A stretch of DNA of 53,814 nucleotides, filler included, from Catajapyx aquilonaris (GCA_000934665.2; 3 parts of 3 records of this genome joined end to end with filler, not necessarily neighbours in it); one strand, 5' to 3'; shown: positions 1-13,075, counted from the whole stretch's first letter. Numbers and translations: made by a program. Notes: generated by a model not told the origin, from the sequence alone.

Positions 1-396
1 CTATTTATGTGCAATTAATTTATATATCGTCATTTCCATATTCTCAACTGGGAAATATCAGGGTGAGCGAATTATTTTGGGTTTGGGCAAGTATAATAAT
101 TTTCAAGAACACGGGGTGCATTCAAACTTATTTTTGAATCTCGTCATATTGGAGGAGTTCTGTTACATTGCAAGGAGACAAATGGCTTCTAGGATTCGAA
201 ATCACATATTGCAAAGCCATTGACCAGTAATAATTCATGGTCTATGGCTAAAGGTTGACCAGGGCAATAGATGCAGAGTGTCCAAAAAGTCCTGCAATAT
301 AGGCCAAATCATAGTAATTGTTCAACATGTCATGTCCTGCACAGGTCTGTACGGGGGAAATGTGTGCTTGGTTCTTAGCAGCCCCCAGTCACGCAT

Positions 397-619
397 GAGC
401 TTAGTTGATCTCCCCCACCGAGGGGGATTAGCCATGGTCGGCGCTAGAGTCAAGTGCCGAGATAGGTGGCGCCTTAGGAGGCCTTTACGACTCCAGCCAA
501 TCAGAGTCGACCCTAATGGTGCAGAATTGCCCCGCCAGGTAAGGCGCCACCTATCTTGGCACTTGACTCTAGTGCCGACCGTGGCCAACCCCCCTCGGTG
601 GGGGAGATCAGCTAAGCTC
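397..619. mobile_element. Foldback MITE (GAG...CTC termini, Sola-like)
   Basis: ~80-bp inverted arms 397-477 and 540-619; flanks GCAT/GCAG (imperfect 4-bp TSD). Confidence 0.7.
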
Positions 620-669
620 GCAGGGGTAGCAATGTACTGGTATAGGGAGTGACTGGGAGCTGGTTCTTA

Positions 670-1250
670 CTGTATTACCTCTCATAAAGCGGCATGCCGG
701 TTTAAAACGAGGTCGACCAGCATGCCGGTATAACCCGGGGGTGACTGGCATGCCGCAATAACTGAGGTAGATTTCCGGAATTTTGATCCTTGCCAAATTT
801 TTTGCAATGCTTCTGGTACCGTATACTAAAATAATGTTACCATGAAAATGGGCGAGTGTACAGGCTGTGAGAATATGCAAGTTCTGTTGCATGGTGCATA
901 TAAAAAATGCAGAGCATGTGACCAATCCCATCGTCAGCCTGATTTGACGGGAACCCTCAGCTCCAACTTACTGCTTACAAAGCATTGCCAGACACTGCAA
1001 TTGAAAACAATATATGGTACGGGTACCACCATATTCGGAAAATATGCCTTTTCGATAGCCTTTACGTGAATTTTGATTTTCAGGCAAATGTCAAGTTCGG
1101 AAAGGATAATGTAACTTATGTGAAAACCTCGTCTTATACCGACATACCTCCCCTTATACCGGCATGCTGGTATAGCCACCAGATCATACATTTCTAAAAA
1201 CTGGTCGACCTCGACTATACAGGCATGCCGCTTTATGAGAGGTAATACTG
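670..1250. mobile_element. pogo/Tigger-like MITE
   Basis: TIR C(A/T)GTATTACCTCTCATAAAGCGGCATGCC, TA flanks, internal GGCATGC(C/T)GGTATA repeats. Confidence 0.8.
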
Positions 1251-2099
1251 TAGACAGGATGGATGAGGTGGGAGCCTTCTTATCTGGGCTGTTTTCTGAT
1301 GAGGTCGATTTTTATGTGGATTAGGTGTACAGCATGAAGATTACTGTACTAGGTTACCATACCATGAGCCCAGATACTGTTTCCATTGTGCTCAACAACA
1401 TGTGATTCCTCCTGCAGACCTGTGCGGAACTTGATTCAGAACACATTGAACAATTACTGTCATTTGTACTATGGTGGGGGACTTTTCGGACACCCTGTAG
1501 AAGGAGCAATGAAAGTAGTGTGGCGCAGTTTTCGGGAGAAGACATGTGGGTAAAAATGGAAACAATAGTTACAGGCAAGAAGTTGAGGGTGAAAGTGGGT
1601 CCTGCAGGAAACAGGAGAGGCATGAATATTAGATGGGCCCCAGTGGCCACTAGACTTTCCTCGGGTCTAATGTGTTACTCCTAGCATCTAGGAAGGTGAT
1701 CATGTCCCTAAGTGAATAACTGGTAGTATTCAATTGCTAATGTGACAATTTAGACTAAGGCCAGACTGTACAAATGCAAGTTATGAGAAAATCTTTGATT
1801 AAGTATAGACTTAACAATATTCAATTGCAGATTTTCTCTTAAACTGCTTTGATAACACAGGCTCTAAGCTCTGAATTGTGGGTACAATTATGCATATTTT
1901 TTGAACTCATGGTGTCTTGCTATATTGCCAGTAAATTATGATGTGATGATGATGATGAGGGTAATAAAGGGAACTGCAGATGAATGCAAGCCAATGGTTT
2001 TTGAAATGCAACGTGCTCTGTGGTATTACTGGTAACTCAGTTACACAGCTATACTAACAGCCTCAAATGAACACGTGAAAACTACTAGGAAAGTCATAA

Positions 2100-2508
2100 A
2101 GCCCCATTTACATGTGAGTGATTTGATTGGCGAAGTGCAGCGATGTCATTGCTGAGCGAAATGAGTTGAAGCAGTTCTGGTGTCATTACGCAAGTGATAG
2201 CGCTTATACATCGCCCATGTTTACAAGCTGGTGATGTGCATCGTTACGGGATGCCCGAACAGCATCGCCCGCGCAAAAATGGTTTATAGGGTTCAAATTT
2301 TGCTCCCAAGTTGTTCGGATTGTTTATGGTGCCATGAATACCCAGCGATGTGCGGCGATGTTCTTCGCCAGGGTCTATTTCAAACAGACCTGAGCGATGT
2401 CATCGCCGATGCCCTCCCTTCTTAAACCGATTGCTACTTTCGGACCAAATAACTACTTTCATTAGAATTTCTTTGCTCTCGTCAAATCGCTCACATGTAA
2501 ACGCGGCT
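2100..2508. mobile_element. PIF/Harbinger-like MITE
   Basis: TIR AGCCCCATTTACATGTGAGTGATTTGA versus AGCCGCGTTTACATGTGAGCGATTTGA; TAA/TTA flanks. Confidence 0.7.
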
Positions 2509-2550
2509 TTATAAAAAACCTAAGGGGTTCTGCTGTAATTATCAGTTATA

Positions 2551-3129
2551 CAGGGTGTTTCAGAGTCACGGATCAAGCGCGAGCGAGGGGGTGGGGAAAA
2601 ATCGGAGGTGGGGACAACCCGGTCGGTTTTATAAAACTATTAGAAATACGGCAGTAATCAATTTATTTATTACGGCAATATGGCGTGACGTCAAATCCTA
2701 CTTTCTGTTCGAATTGAGTGGCGGAGACTGACAGGTGCGCTTGCTTGAACCTGTTGAGCAGCTTTTTAGCCTTGCGGGTTGCACTGAAAAAGGCGCTCTC
2801 CTGCTACACCGGCAGGGTACTGAACACACCACTGTACAGTAGTACACTACTTTGTACAGTACCCTACCGGTGTAGCAGGAGAGCGCCTTTTTCAGTGCAA
2901 CCCGCAAGGCTAAAAAGCTGCTCAAGCAGGTTCAAGGACTTCAAGCAAGTGCACCTGTCAGTCCCCGCCACTCGATTCGAACAGAAAGTAGGATGTGACG
3001 TCACGCCGTACGGCCGTAATAAATAAATTGATTACTGCCGTATTTCTAATTGTTTTATAAAACCGACCGGGGTTGTCGCCACCTACGATTTTTCCCTACC
3101 CCCTCGCCCCGTGACTCTGAAACACCCTG
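2551..3129. mobile_element. Whole-length palindromic Tc1/mariner-type MITE
   Basis: TA-CAGGGTG...CACCCTG-TA; arms complementary almost to the centre (~2840). Confidence 0.88.
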
Positions 3130-4850
3130 TATGCTATGTCATGTTACATGATTTATGGAAATATTAATGGCCTCAAAGAGGACTGGGTTGCATAGGAGAC
3201 CATTTTTAAATAACTCATTTAAAATTCACAGTACTCGGCGTAATTACAATTCCAGGGGATTGGTCAGAAACAATTGCCAGTAGAAAATATAATTTGTAAA
3301 TGAGTTTGCAATGGCAACAGCAAACCAAGCACTGTTCCTCCTATGATGAGCAGGTTACAAACAGTATCGAAATCAAATAGAACAAAAAATATTATCCAAA
3401 TTCTGCACATCTGGGAATACAATACTTCATCTAAGAGAATTTGTGGTGGAGCAGAGAAATGGCAGTAGTGTAAAAACAGGAAACTGGTTACAGTTATCAT
3501 CTTCAAAACAATATGCAAAGGGGCAGGCATTTATAACCTGATTTTGTGTAAGTTTTCATGATAAGTTGAGAATATCGCACATCATGCAATATGGATGCCA
3601 TCCACTATTGCCTTTAAAAAATTTGGAATAAAAATTACATTTCTGGAACCTTCTACTGTGGCCTTTCAAACCCAAATTTTCACAACTCTTTTCACTTTGT
3701 CATATGACATTACTGGTCCACTAAATATTATTGACCAAGTAGCAGATTTGCCAAAACCATATCAAACACACCTCTTGTTTTTCTTGAAGACATATTATGA
3801 GGCTCATTTGTATGATGAATGAAACGACAGGTTTTAGAATATACACAATTTTTACCAAGGTCCACTTTCACTTAAGCGAAATAGCCTGTAACCCTCTTTG
3901 CCGGTGACAAAACTCATAAGAAAATATGTAATATTGTTACGGTCAGTGAAGTTTGCATATTCCCATCTTACTTCTGTAGAAATCAGACGTAACTGCTAAT
4001 TCAATTAAGGCCAGTTGGTAGTTGGTGCAACCGCAAATTAAGGAAAAAACTACATAAATATTTGCAATGCATAGTGAAAGATTTTCACTCAATTTGATTT
4101 GATTCACTTAGGCCTTACACTTTCAGCTACATTTCTGCATCAGTTCCAACAGAAACAGGGCATGATGATGACTTCTACACAACAGAGTAATCAATTTTCC
4201 AAGAGTGACTTAAGGCATGAAGGCAGATATGAAGCAGTGTCTGTCAGTGTTGACAATAGTAGAATGTCTGTTGACACCAGCCTTCTACAAGGTGTCACAT
4301 GCTAATGCTGGGGTCCACATTTGCTATCATGTGTTGTGGCACACAAAAAGACACTACCACACCTTATTGCAATGGCTAATGCCTATGAGAATGCATCTTA
4401 GCCACAGTGTTCATAAAAGCTGGAACTAGGACGAAACTTATGATGTTCCTTATGAACCAATAAATTTCTCAGACTAGTTGTTGCACATTGTTTTAAAAAA
4501 GGGGAGAATACCTGAAGATAATGGCAAATGGAACAGAAGGTATAAAGAGCAAGTAAGTTGGCTAAACAAAAACTATAAGGGTGATCCAGTGCAAAAAGAG
4601 AACACATCCTTTTACAACCATTGAAGACTCCTGAATTAAGAGAGCCAACTAGTGGGAGAGACATGTGCACATTTCTGCACAATAAACTTGAATTCAGAAA
4701 TGGATCCATGTCCACTGGGCTGCATTTTTGCAGAAGTATCACTTTCTGCTGTGATTATTGGTAGCTCCCTCCAAGTACCTCTTAAAAATGCATAATCCTT
4801 CGTTTTCCAAGTAAAAAAAAAAAAGAAGTTGAACTTGAACTAAACCTCTC

Positions 4851-5382
4851 TCATGGTGCTTCATACTTCTCAGGCAACAAGGGAACTGGCTGGTACTTGA
4901 TGTCCTCACTTGGACAAGTTGCTGTCCCAATCTCTTGGTAGAAGTTTGGCATCACGACAGGACTGCCTGAAGGCAAGACAGCATTAGAAGTCGATGGTTG
5001 AGATGTCGATGTTGCGGTGGCAGCTGCTGCATGCCGTATATGTGGGAGGACAAGAAGTTCTAAGCCTTTGGAAGACTCTCCGTTGCTCGCTTCTTCCTCC
5101 TCCTTAATGGCAACTGCACCTGCTTCAAAGCTGCCACTTGGGGTCACCTCCTCCTTAGAGGCTATGCCTGAATCCAAGCTGTTGTTTGGAGAGGGCTCCT
5201 CTGGAATGCTAGATGGCTGTGATGCACGCCTAGGGACCCTGACCAAGGCTGAGAGTAGGTCAGTGGGCATTGCAGCAGAGGAGGAAGTGTTATTCTCGTT
5301 GCTTTCACACTGAATATCTGGAACGCCTTTTACCAGGTCACGGAGGAAGTCGAAGCGTGCCTCCGACACTATGCACTGTTTC
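4851..5382 (-). CDS. DRAP1: DRAP1 coding exon 4 (end of histone fold plus Ser/Glu/Pro-rich tail)
   Basis: ATGCAG acceptor; (L)KQCIVSEARFDFLRDLVKGVPD continues the DRAP1 fold; open frame to TGA at 4851. Extra introns in the tail cannot be excluded. Confidence 0.88.
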
Positions 5383-6199
5383 CTGCATATGAAATTACAC
5401 CAAATTAATTGCTTACTTCAGCTCCACCCAGGATATTCAATCCTGTCAGTTCTCCTCTTAGCAACTGACAAAGAAGCAAAAAGGAGCTGCAAGTTAACCC
5501 CAATTGCATGGTAACATGTGAATCAAACTGTTAGTCTGCTGATCACACCTGCAATATTTTTTCTTTCTAGATCACGGGAGATGCAAACACATGTGGTGAT
5601 TTTAAATTTTAAAAATGCTACAATGCAACTTTAAATGCAGCTTTCCACAGTACCAGAATAGACAGAACTGAGTTTCACTTTTTATCTACTATTATTTAGA
5701 ACAAGTGCCACCAAAATTTGCGGCAGTCCACAACAAAGCTATCCTGAAACACAACCTTTCCTTCTGTAACCAAAACCCCTGGTAAGATTTCTTCTACTTT
5801 GGCTTCAGCTCACAGTCAGTCTTGTTGTGGCTCCATTAGTTACTCCCCCACTATTCCATTTTCTTCAGCACATGAATAGCTATTAATAATCCAATCTGGA
5901 ATTTGCAGCAACAAAAGATCCTCAAATTGATCAGTAATGTCCTTTTTGAGCACAAACCAATGGTCACAGAATGCTTGTATATCATCTTTACATTAAGGAA
6001 AGCTACGAAACTGGTACAGCTCATGACAGTATTGTACATGAATATACCTGGAAATAAAATATGTCAAAAAGAAAGCTGATGTAAACTCAATTCTGAAGCA
6101 CTCTGCATTGAACACACAATAAGGGCATTTGCAAATTAATTTCACCGAACTTTGCGAACGAATCTGACAAATAAGCCTCAACATATCTTACACTTTTGA

Positions 6200-6276
6200 G
6201 TACTATCGGGTTCAAGTACTTTTGGCCACTTTATCCTTGTCTTGAAGCAACCCTTCCCACAAACCCCATGTTAAGG

Positions 6277-6321
<45 letters not shown>

Positions 6322-6375
6322 GGGTTGCTTCAAGACCTGGATAAAGTGGCCAAAAGTATTTGAACCCAACAGTAC
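6200..6375. repeat. Short foldback element with (GT)20 microsatellite in its loop
   Basis: ~55-bp inverted arms GTACTATCGGGTTCAAG.../...TTGAACCCAACAGTAC; (GT)20 at 6279-6318. Confidence 0.8.
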
Positions 6376-8273
6376 ATCTCTAATTATACTATAAATGCTT
6401 TCAAAAAATGCTGTAATTTAGTTCAGTATTCTATTGACAAAATATACTGGTTGTTCTGGCATTGACTAAGGCTTTTAGCAACTTTTTCTTGGCAATGGAT
6501 TACACAATAAATGGCAAAATCCCCTGCTACTCCCCACTTGGGAACCATTATATCCACAATTCCAAATAAGGGTTTAAAATGTGCACACCAAGATAATATT
6601 CAAGGTCAATAAGATGGGCAGGCATTGCATCTATTCTACAATGGTCCATCCTCTCTGTGCTAAATGGTGAACACCTTGGTCCCTTGTCATGGCTAGCCCT
6701 GTCCACATAACAAAAAATTTACTTGTAATTTTTGCATATTCATGATTTCCTCCTGGCATTGCAGTAGGCTGACACTAGTAAATTGTCCACTAATTGCCAG
6801 TAGAGGGCCACTGAGATGAAGCAGAGACACGAAGAGGAAGAAGAGGAGTTGGGTACAGTGTATATATGGTGAGGAACTGCGAAAATGACTTGCGCCCACA
6901 TTATCTCACATAACTGAATACATAAACTCTGGAATACAGATCAGGTGCTCACAGGAGCAGTGATGCAGAAGAAGAAAATCTGGCAACGGCAGGAGTGATT
7001 TTAATGTTCTGGCTGATAAGTTAAGGCCACTGCCTTGACCTCTATTGAGGATGACCAGACTTCAGAAAATACAAGTGGTGGCTATACTGGCATGCTGGTA
7101 TAAGGCAAGATTAGCTGGTATAGTGCAGGCTTTCCCTCTATTTTAGCTGGAAAAAGTACATAAAATGAAAACAGCTACGCTTTTGTATCGGGAGACATCG
7201 CACCCATATTGGCTATTTACAAGTGCCACAAAGAAATGGGAAAATAGTGTTGCATGCGAGGCAATCAACCCAGTCCAGCAGCGTGTTATTTATTAGTTTA
7301 TTTGTAATCATTTTAAAGGGAAGAGGGATGAACCGGCCAGCCAAGCAGACTGTCCATGGTTCATATTCTGGCCCCATCACCTTTACTTGGTTGGTCCCTT
7401 TCTGCCTTCCTACTGTATCCAGAACCAAAGGATCTGGCTTTAAGAGTAAAAAAGGAGGCAAAATTTCCATCGATACTGTTGTAAACTCAATTCTGAAGCA
7501 CTATGCATTGACCACAATCAAGGCTACTATAGCAAAATAAAAATTTTGTTTCTAAGAGATGTATGAGAGAAATGTGACTAATTACAAAGGGGGAGTGCCC
7601 CTACCGGCCCTGCACCCTACCCCACACTGGCTACCCTGTCAATTAGGGACAAGCAATGATGTAAATAAATGCCATTAAAATTTAACCTTGATTACCAGCA
7701 GCACCCTGCAGCTATCTTATGCTAGTGTTGTACTTGCACTTATTATGAGAATCATCTGCTGGGATACCAGATAAAACAAACAGTATGCCATCATTTACCG
7801 AATCAACAGGCCAACAAGTATAGCTTACTAGTGTCAATGGACCATGACAGGGCAGGTGTCAAAATTTGCCTTCCCCATATGGAGAATTTCTTTCCTTTCT
7901 TTCCATACAAACAGGCCATCTTATCATTGGGTTTTTGATGCCAGGACTGAGAGAAATTTTGCAATGTGCATACAAAACGAGAGCTTACTATACTATTTCC
8001 CCACCATATGTTGTACCTAATTAGCATATGCATATTTTTAGCTGAAATGGCTACAAATCCCACTCACTACTAGTGTAGCCACCAGATGATTTTTAAATGT
8101 GGTCACCTCCAATTTTACAGGCATGCTTCTTAGTGTTTGAAAATATGGTCACCATATGTGGTTAAATATGGTGTTTTCAGATGGCCCTGCTCATGGTGTT
8201 GGAAACATCTTGTTTTATGAAACATTCTGCACAAACACTACACACTAATACCTGATATTTTAAGAATACATAC

Positions 8274-8367
8274 AAGTGAGAAGGACTAAGCGTCTTCGCA
8301 TTCCGTGATGTGGTCACCTTCATTGCTTTCTCCAGAAGCGACTCCACGAACAATTCGAGTGCTCTTG
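8274..8367 (-). CDS. DRAP1: DRAP1 coding exon 3 (histone fold)
   Basis: Preceded by TTCCTTAAC branch and AC acceptor; (S)[30 protein letters not shown](L); GTATGT donor. Confidence 0.95.
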
Positions 8368-9940
8368 GTAAATAAAGGAGTTAAGGAACCATTGCTACTT
8401 GAAAATATGCATATAACATTACTAGTCATATCTCTCTTTCCAGGGCACGTTTCCAGTTGGGACCCGATCCCAAACCCCATCCCATTACCAATCGCACAAA
8501 TGTGACACTTGCACAAAATACCTACACTACCATAATACCTACTGTCTGATACAACCAAAATAATGACTGGATATTAGACTTAAGGTCTTAAGCAAAGCTG
8601 CAAGAAAAGTATGGCTCTGAAGAACAGTTCTGCCTTGTAGTCCACTAATTGGTTTCGTTAGCATTCCTTCTGCCCAATAAAATTATGACTGCTTTTGTCC
8701 AATTGGAGGAAAACATATTCGGAGGATGCAAGTGGCCTAATCCAGTATTTAAAAGAAATATATCATATCAGGCGGTGTAGGTATTTCGGTTGTTGGTATT
8801 TTGGTCTGTTGGTATTATGACCCAGACCCTTCTAGACAATCCACCACATGCAAAAGTATCAGGATTGTCTACTGCATTTTTCATCTACTTTTTTTCTCTC
8901 CACACACCAACAGCTGTGTCTAGTGGTGCCCTAGACAGGGTAGGTGAAATTTGAATTGAAAAACTCTCGAGACCCTGTCAGATACAAGACACAACGCCCT
9001 AAAGCAGCGGTTCTTAAACTGTTGTCCACGGACCCCGCGGGACTCTCTCAGGGGGTCCGCGAGACCCTACCAGTGTTCCACAAAGGTTCTGAAAAATACG
9101 CCCGCAGTTGTTTACAGTTGTTATGAAAACACCCCTCGCGAGAAGCTAGTAAATGTATTCCATCCACTTTTGGTTAATCGAATGTAATTCCTACAATTAA
9201 CATCACAATAAAATAAAATAAAAATGAAATGTGTACGTTCGTGTAATTTCCCCGACCTTAAATGGTGAAAATCGGGGATGAAACACTAGAAAGAAATATG
9301 CATGTATGATAGAAATACAAAATACAAATAATTCCGAGCTTTAAACTTTGACTTAATTCTTGGGGGTCCTCGAGGGCGAGTGATCTCTGAAGGGGGTCCG
9401 TGGTCTAGGACAGTTTAAGAACCGCTGCCCTAAAGGTATGTTCCCAGGCTTGCAAGATTTGGTTGAGCGAGAATGAAAAGCCAATTCCGAAACCCCATTC
9501 GTCTGACTTCAACCTCACACTAAAACGTCTCGAATTCACTCAAAAACTCCCGATCTTGTGAGCTTGAGAACACAACATAACAACCATCTTTTATGGCAAG
9601 CCATCACTGATGCTTTGTAAATGAATATTGCCTCCTGTAGTGACATTTATGCTACACAAATGACAGGCAAGACAAATTCAAGCAGTACTCGGTAATTTTG
9701 CTACACAAATGTAATTTCCAGATAATGCTCAAGCATCTACAAGTCTATAGGTAAGTTAATTGTTGCCTGCTTCTCTCAGGAACATGAGAAGTAGCCCACT
9801 TGTCTTTCAGTTGTAATACTTGTCATTATTCAGAAGCATGCATGCATGCAGTCAAATGTGAACTGGCTCAATTGTAACTCTAAAATCTGCCCCATAACTG
9901 GCGTGCAACTGGCTGACACTCTGGCAGTGTAAAAGGATAT
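8368..9940 (-). other. U12-type (minor spliceosome) AT-AC intron of DRAP1
   Basis: 5' site ATATCCTTTT at 9940; branch TTCCTTAAC at 8388-8380; terminal AC at 8369-8368; splicing restores the conserved IISRALELF. Confidence 0.93.
9005..9427. mobile_element. hAT MITE inside the U12 intron
   Basis: TIR CAGCGGTTCTTAAACTGT; perfect 8-bp TSD CCCTAAAG. Confidence 0.92.
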
Positions 9941-10013
9941 AAATTATAACAGGTACAGCCTGCGCAACTTTTCCCACCTCCTCATCCTTCTGCATAATCT
10001 TCTTGATTCGTGC
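9941..10013 (-). CDS. DRAP1: DRAP1 coding exon 2 (histone fold)
   Basis: TTACAG acceptor; ARIKKIMQKDEEVGKVAQAVPVII+T; ends at non-canonical donor ATATCCTTTT (U12 type). Confidence 0.95.
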
Positions 10014-10147
10014 CTGTAACAAACGACAAAACAATGGTGTACTGGTTGTAAACTTACAACAGACCCTACATGAAGACAATATCAACACTCAAGCAATGAG
10101 CATGAATGTAACACCATCAGAAAAGCGCTGCAAACATGAATACTCAC

Positions 10148-10189
10148 AGGCGGGAACCTAGAGTTGTACTTTTTCTTTTTGCTTGGCAT
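10148..10189 (-). CDS. DRAP1: Dr1-associated corepressor (NC2-alpha), coding exon 1
   Basis: ATG at 10189 encodes MPSKKKKYNSRFPP, then GTGAGT donor; matches the conserved DRAP1 N-terminus (MPSKKKKYNARFPP). Model join(10189-10148,10013-9941,8367-8274,5382-4851) = 741 nt, 246 aa. Confidence 0.95.
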
Positions 10190-11717
10190 GGTCACTGCTT
10201 TCCTCTTAGGTGATGTTAGGATATATCTTAACAAGGCGTATTATGCCCTTCCACTGGTCTTTGCCTCTTCTTCTTGTCAAGTTGGAGCAATTATGTATTG
10301 GAATGGAAATGTTTGTTGGGCAGTCCACCACCAATTACGACTGGCAGAGGGACGAAAGCGTTGATCGATTCTCACAGGCGGCCATTTAGGATCTGTAGAA
10401 CAAGTGAACAACTCACGGCGGGCTCAAAACACCGCAGCGGCTTATTATCGCTGTAATCGCTACTTACCTGTAATGACAAGGATCTTATCAGCTACCTGGA
10501 ACATTAGTATGGGTTTGCAGGGCTTTCGTAGGGGAACAGTTGCTAATTGCGAAGTACGTGTACGAAGCATGGACAACTTTTGTTTTTCGGTTTTTGGTAA
10601 GCTTCCTATCATGGTGCTAACTGTCAATAGCATCAGTATACGTATACAGTACCAGTGTAGTACGACTGGGGCCAAAGAGTACATATTTTAATATTAGAAG
10701 TAGCAATTTTCCTATAATATTGCCTGGTAATTAGCCAGTTGCAATCTGCCAAGAAAAAACTATCATTATATACTTATTGCGACCTATTGGCATGTGTTGA
10801 GCTTATATGTGAATATCTGAAATTATTGTCATGCTTTCATGGCCAAACAACTGTGGTCACACCGTTGCACACATGTCTCTCATCTGTGATCATTAATTTG
10901 CATAAGTTTCTTACAGTTTTGTTCAGTTGACATTAAATTCATGTTACTTTCTGCATGTGCCAGTGGAATTAAAAATTTCTAAACTAAAAGGCTGCAAAAA
11001 GTGATTCAGGAATTATTTCCCACCATTTGCCTAACACCAATGAGAACATGTTTTGTGTGCCTGTTATGCTAAAAATGCTATCACACCCCTCAAATGTAAA
11101 TCTCGTCTTGCAGTATGTTTCCCAACTATTTAGTGCAAAAAAAGTTATTGAGGTGGAAAAACAAGTGAAAACATGTTGCTCAGGGCAAGGTTGGAACTGT
11201 CTGAGAGATGCCAAGCTCTTGGAGATGCTAATAGAAAGATATGCTAAAGTACATCCTACTTGAACTGTGTGAGATTTATGATAATGCAAGTAATTGTACT
11301 GTGTGTATTGCATGGTTGGACATTGCTGTGCAGCCTTTTCAAACAGTTCAGTTGGAATTTTTTCAGTACCATATCCTAATTATCGCATGTGGACCAGACC
11401 TTGCATTTAGTGTTTTGACTCTTTTTTTTCTACTGAAAACATCCGTGGAAGACAAGAGTATAAGTAATGACTGAGTGATACTCTGGTGTGCTTGGATCAG
11501 GTGTTTAGTGGTAATTCTTTTTTGAGTGCCAGGACCTGATCAAACTTAAGTGAACCATCTCCGCACACTAAATAAACTAATCTAACCATTTCTAAATAAC
11601 TTTCTAAATTTTCATTCGTGTAATGTACCAGCTCCACCGATATCTGTCAGCACACTGTAGCACTGAAGGATGGCGTCAGGGGACATACGTTTATTGACAA
11701 AAAAATATATCCCATAA

Positions 11718-12016
11718 CCGAAGCAGTTTGGAGGAAGGGATATGGTGTCCAACTGCTAATCGGGAGGTCCTGGGATCAAATCCCAGGGCTGGAAACTCTG
11801 ACCATGGTTTTCTGTTGTTTCCCATGGTCCTTCCAGGAAAATTCCAGAGTTGCTTCCGTAATTAATAGGCCACAGCCGCTTCCTTCCGTCCCTATCCTAT
11901 CCCAAAGAGCACAGTAAAATGAAAAGCAAAGAGTTCCAGGCAAAACAAACTTCCCCCCTAAACAGCCGATGGCTGATAACGGGGTATGATTTATTAATTA
12001 TGATTATTATATGATT
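11718..12016 (+). mobile_element. tRNA-derived SINE
   Basis: Degenerate A/B boxes, CTGCTAA anticodon-like loop, body GGCCACAGCCGCTTCCTTCC, AT-rich tail, 12-bp TSD TATATCCCATAA. Confidence 0.85.
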
Positions 12017-12075
12017 TATATCCCATAATTTGTAAACAGTTTTTAAACACCCTGTATGCTGTATACGTAGGCCTA

Positions 12076-12214
12076 CAGTGTTTCAAGTATTGGGGTCCTT
12101 TTAGGTATCACAAATTTCAGTTGTTATTTTTGTAATTATTCGACCACACCTGGGACCTTGATCAGGGTGAAATTTGTGATAACTAAAAGGACCCCGACAC
12201 TAAGGAACACATTG
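12076..12214. mobile_element. Short Tc1-like foldback MITE
   Basis: Inverted arms GGGGTCCTTTTAGGTATCACAAATTTCA and TGAAATTTGTGATAACTAAAAGGACCCC; CAGTG-like termini. Confidence 0.6.
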
Positions 12215-12224
12215 CATCTATATG

Positions 12225-12403
12225 CAGTCAACTACGGATATTAGACTTCAAGGGACTGTGAAAATCAGTACTGTATCCTATAACAAAGGTTTCCTATATC
12301 CAAATACACAGACCATACATGGAAGTATGGCGGGACCAGCCTTTTGAATTGGCTATAACCGAAGGTTGCTCATAGTCGAGGCTCTTATATCCGGAGTTGA
12401 CTG
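12225..12403. mobile_element. Tigger-like MITE
   Basis: TIR CAGTCAACT(A/C)CGGATAT ... ATATCCGGAGTTGACTG-TA. Confidence 0.7.
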
Positions 12404-12951
12404 TACATACAGGGTGATCCAACTCTATGGCACCAACAGTTATTGGAAAAATCGCGCAAGCTGCTTGTTTATAAGCAGGTCGTTGCTAAGAAATACTTTC
12501 TGGAGAATCCATCAGGAATAGCACCTGCTGATATTAGGTCCAATTCCCATGTAACAATATTAATGAGGGAAAAAGGGTCATTAGTGGGAAACAGGCCTGT
12601 TCTGGTGTTCGCTGGAGGGTTTCACATGAGGTCACTAGCTGCCAAACCAGAGGCCTAATCCGTCGGAACTGGACAGACCCGGGTGTGTCAATAAATAGGC
12701 CTTCTGGTCTGTTCATTGTTGGCCGCAGTTGGTGCAACTGAGACAGGTCAACAGGCAGCGTTGTTTAGTTACCAGTAAATAAATAGTTCTTGTAGAGTCA
12801 GGACATGCCTTACTCAGGGGGCCTGTTCGAAGGCCGCCCAAGGGCTTCTAGGGTTCTAACAGTACAGTCTGCATTGGGCATTCTCTCATTAATTGGTACA
12901 TGTATGGGCATTTGACCTAATATCAGCAGGTGCTAAGACTGGTAACTATAA

Positions 12952-13075
12952 CCTCCTGAGACCCCAGTACACCTTTCAATCACCTTTGTTTTTTTGTTTT
13001 TTTACGCTTTTGAGTTAGTCAGGTGGTGCTGGAAAAAACAGAGGTACAGTATACTGTACCAGGGGTCTCAGGAGG
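12952..13075. mobile_element. piggyBac-like MITE (CCTCCTGAGACC family)
   Basis: TIR CCTCCTGAGACCCC; ATAA on both sides. Confidence 0.75.

Noticed and set aside
278..652. Overlapping ORFs on both strands with similar peptides (also at 2698-3026, 33089-33427, 46837-47523, 50297-50734)
   Set aside because: By-products of GC-rich palindromic MITEs; no recognisable domain or splice structure.
10568..11474. Possible divergent + strand gene (MDNFCFSVF/GTAAGC and short ORFs at 10739-11474)
   Set aside because: No consistent exon chain without implausibly short introns or stops, and no recognisable homology.
11718..11790. tRNA-like sequence (also 30540-30611, 31150-31195, 39253-39320)
   Set aside because: SINE heads: no complete cloverleaf, and mostly followed by SINE body, tail and TSD.
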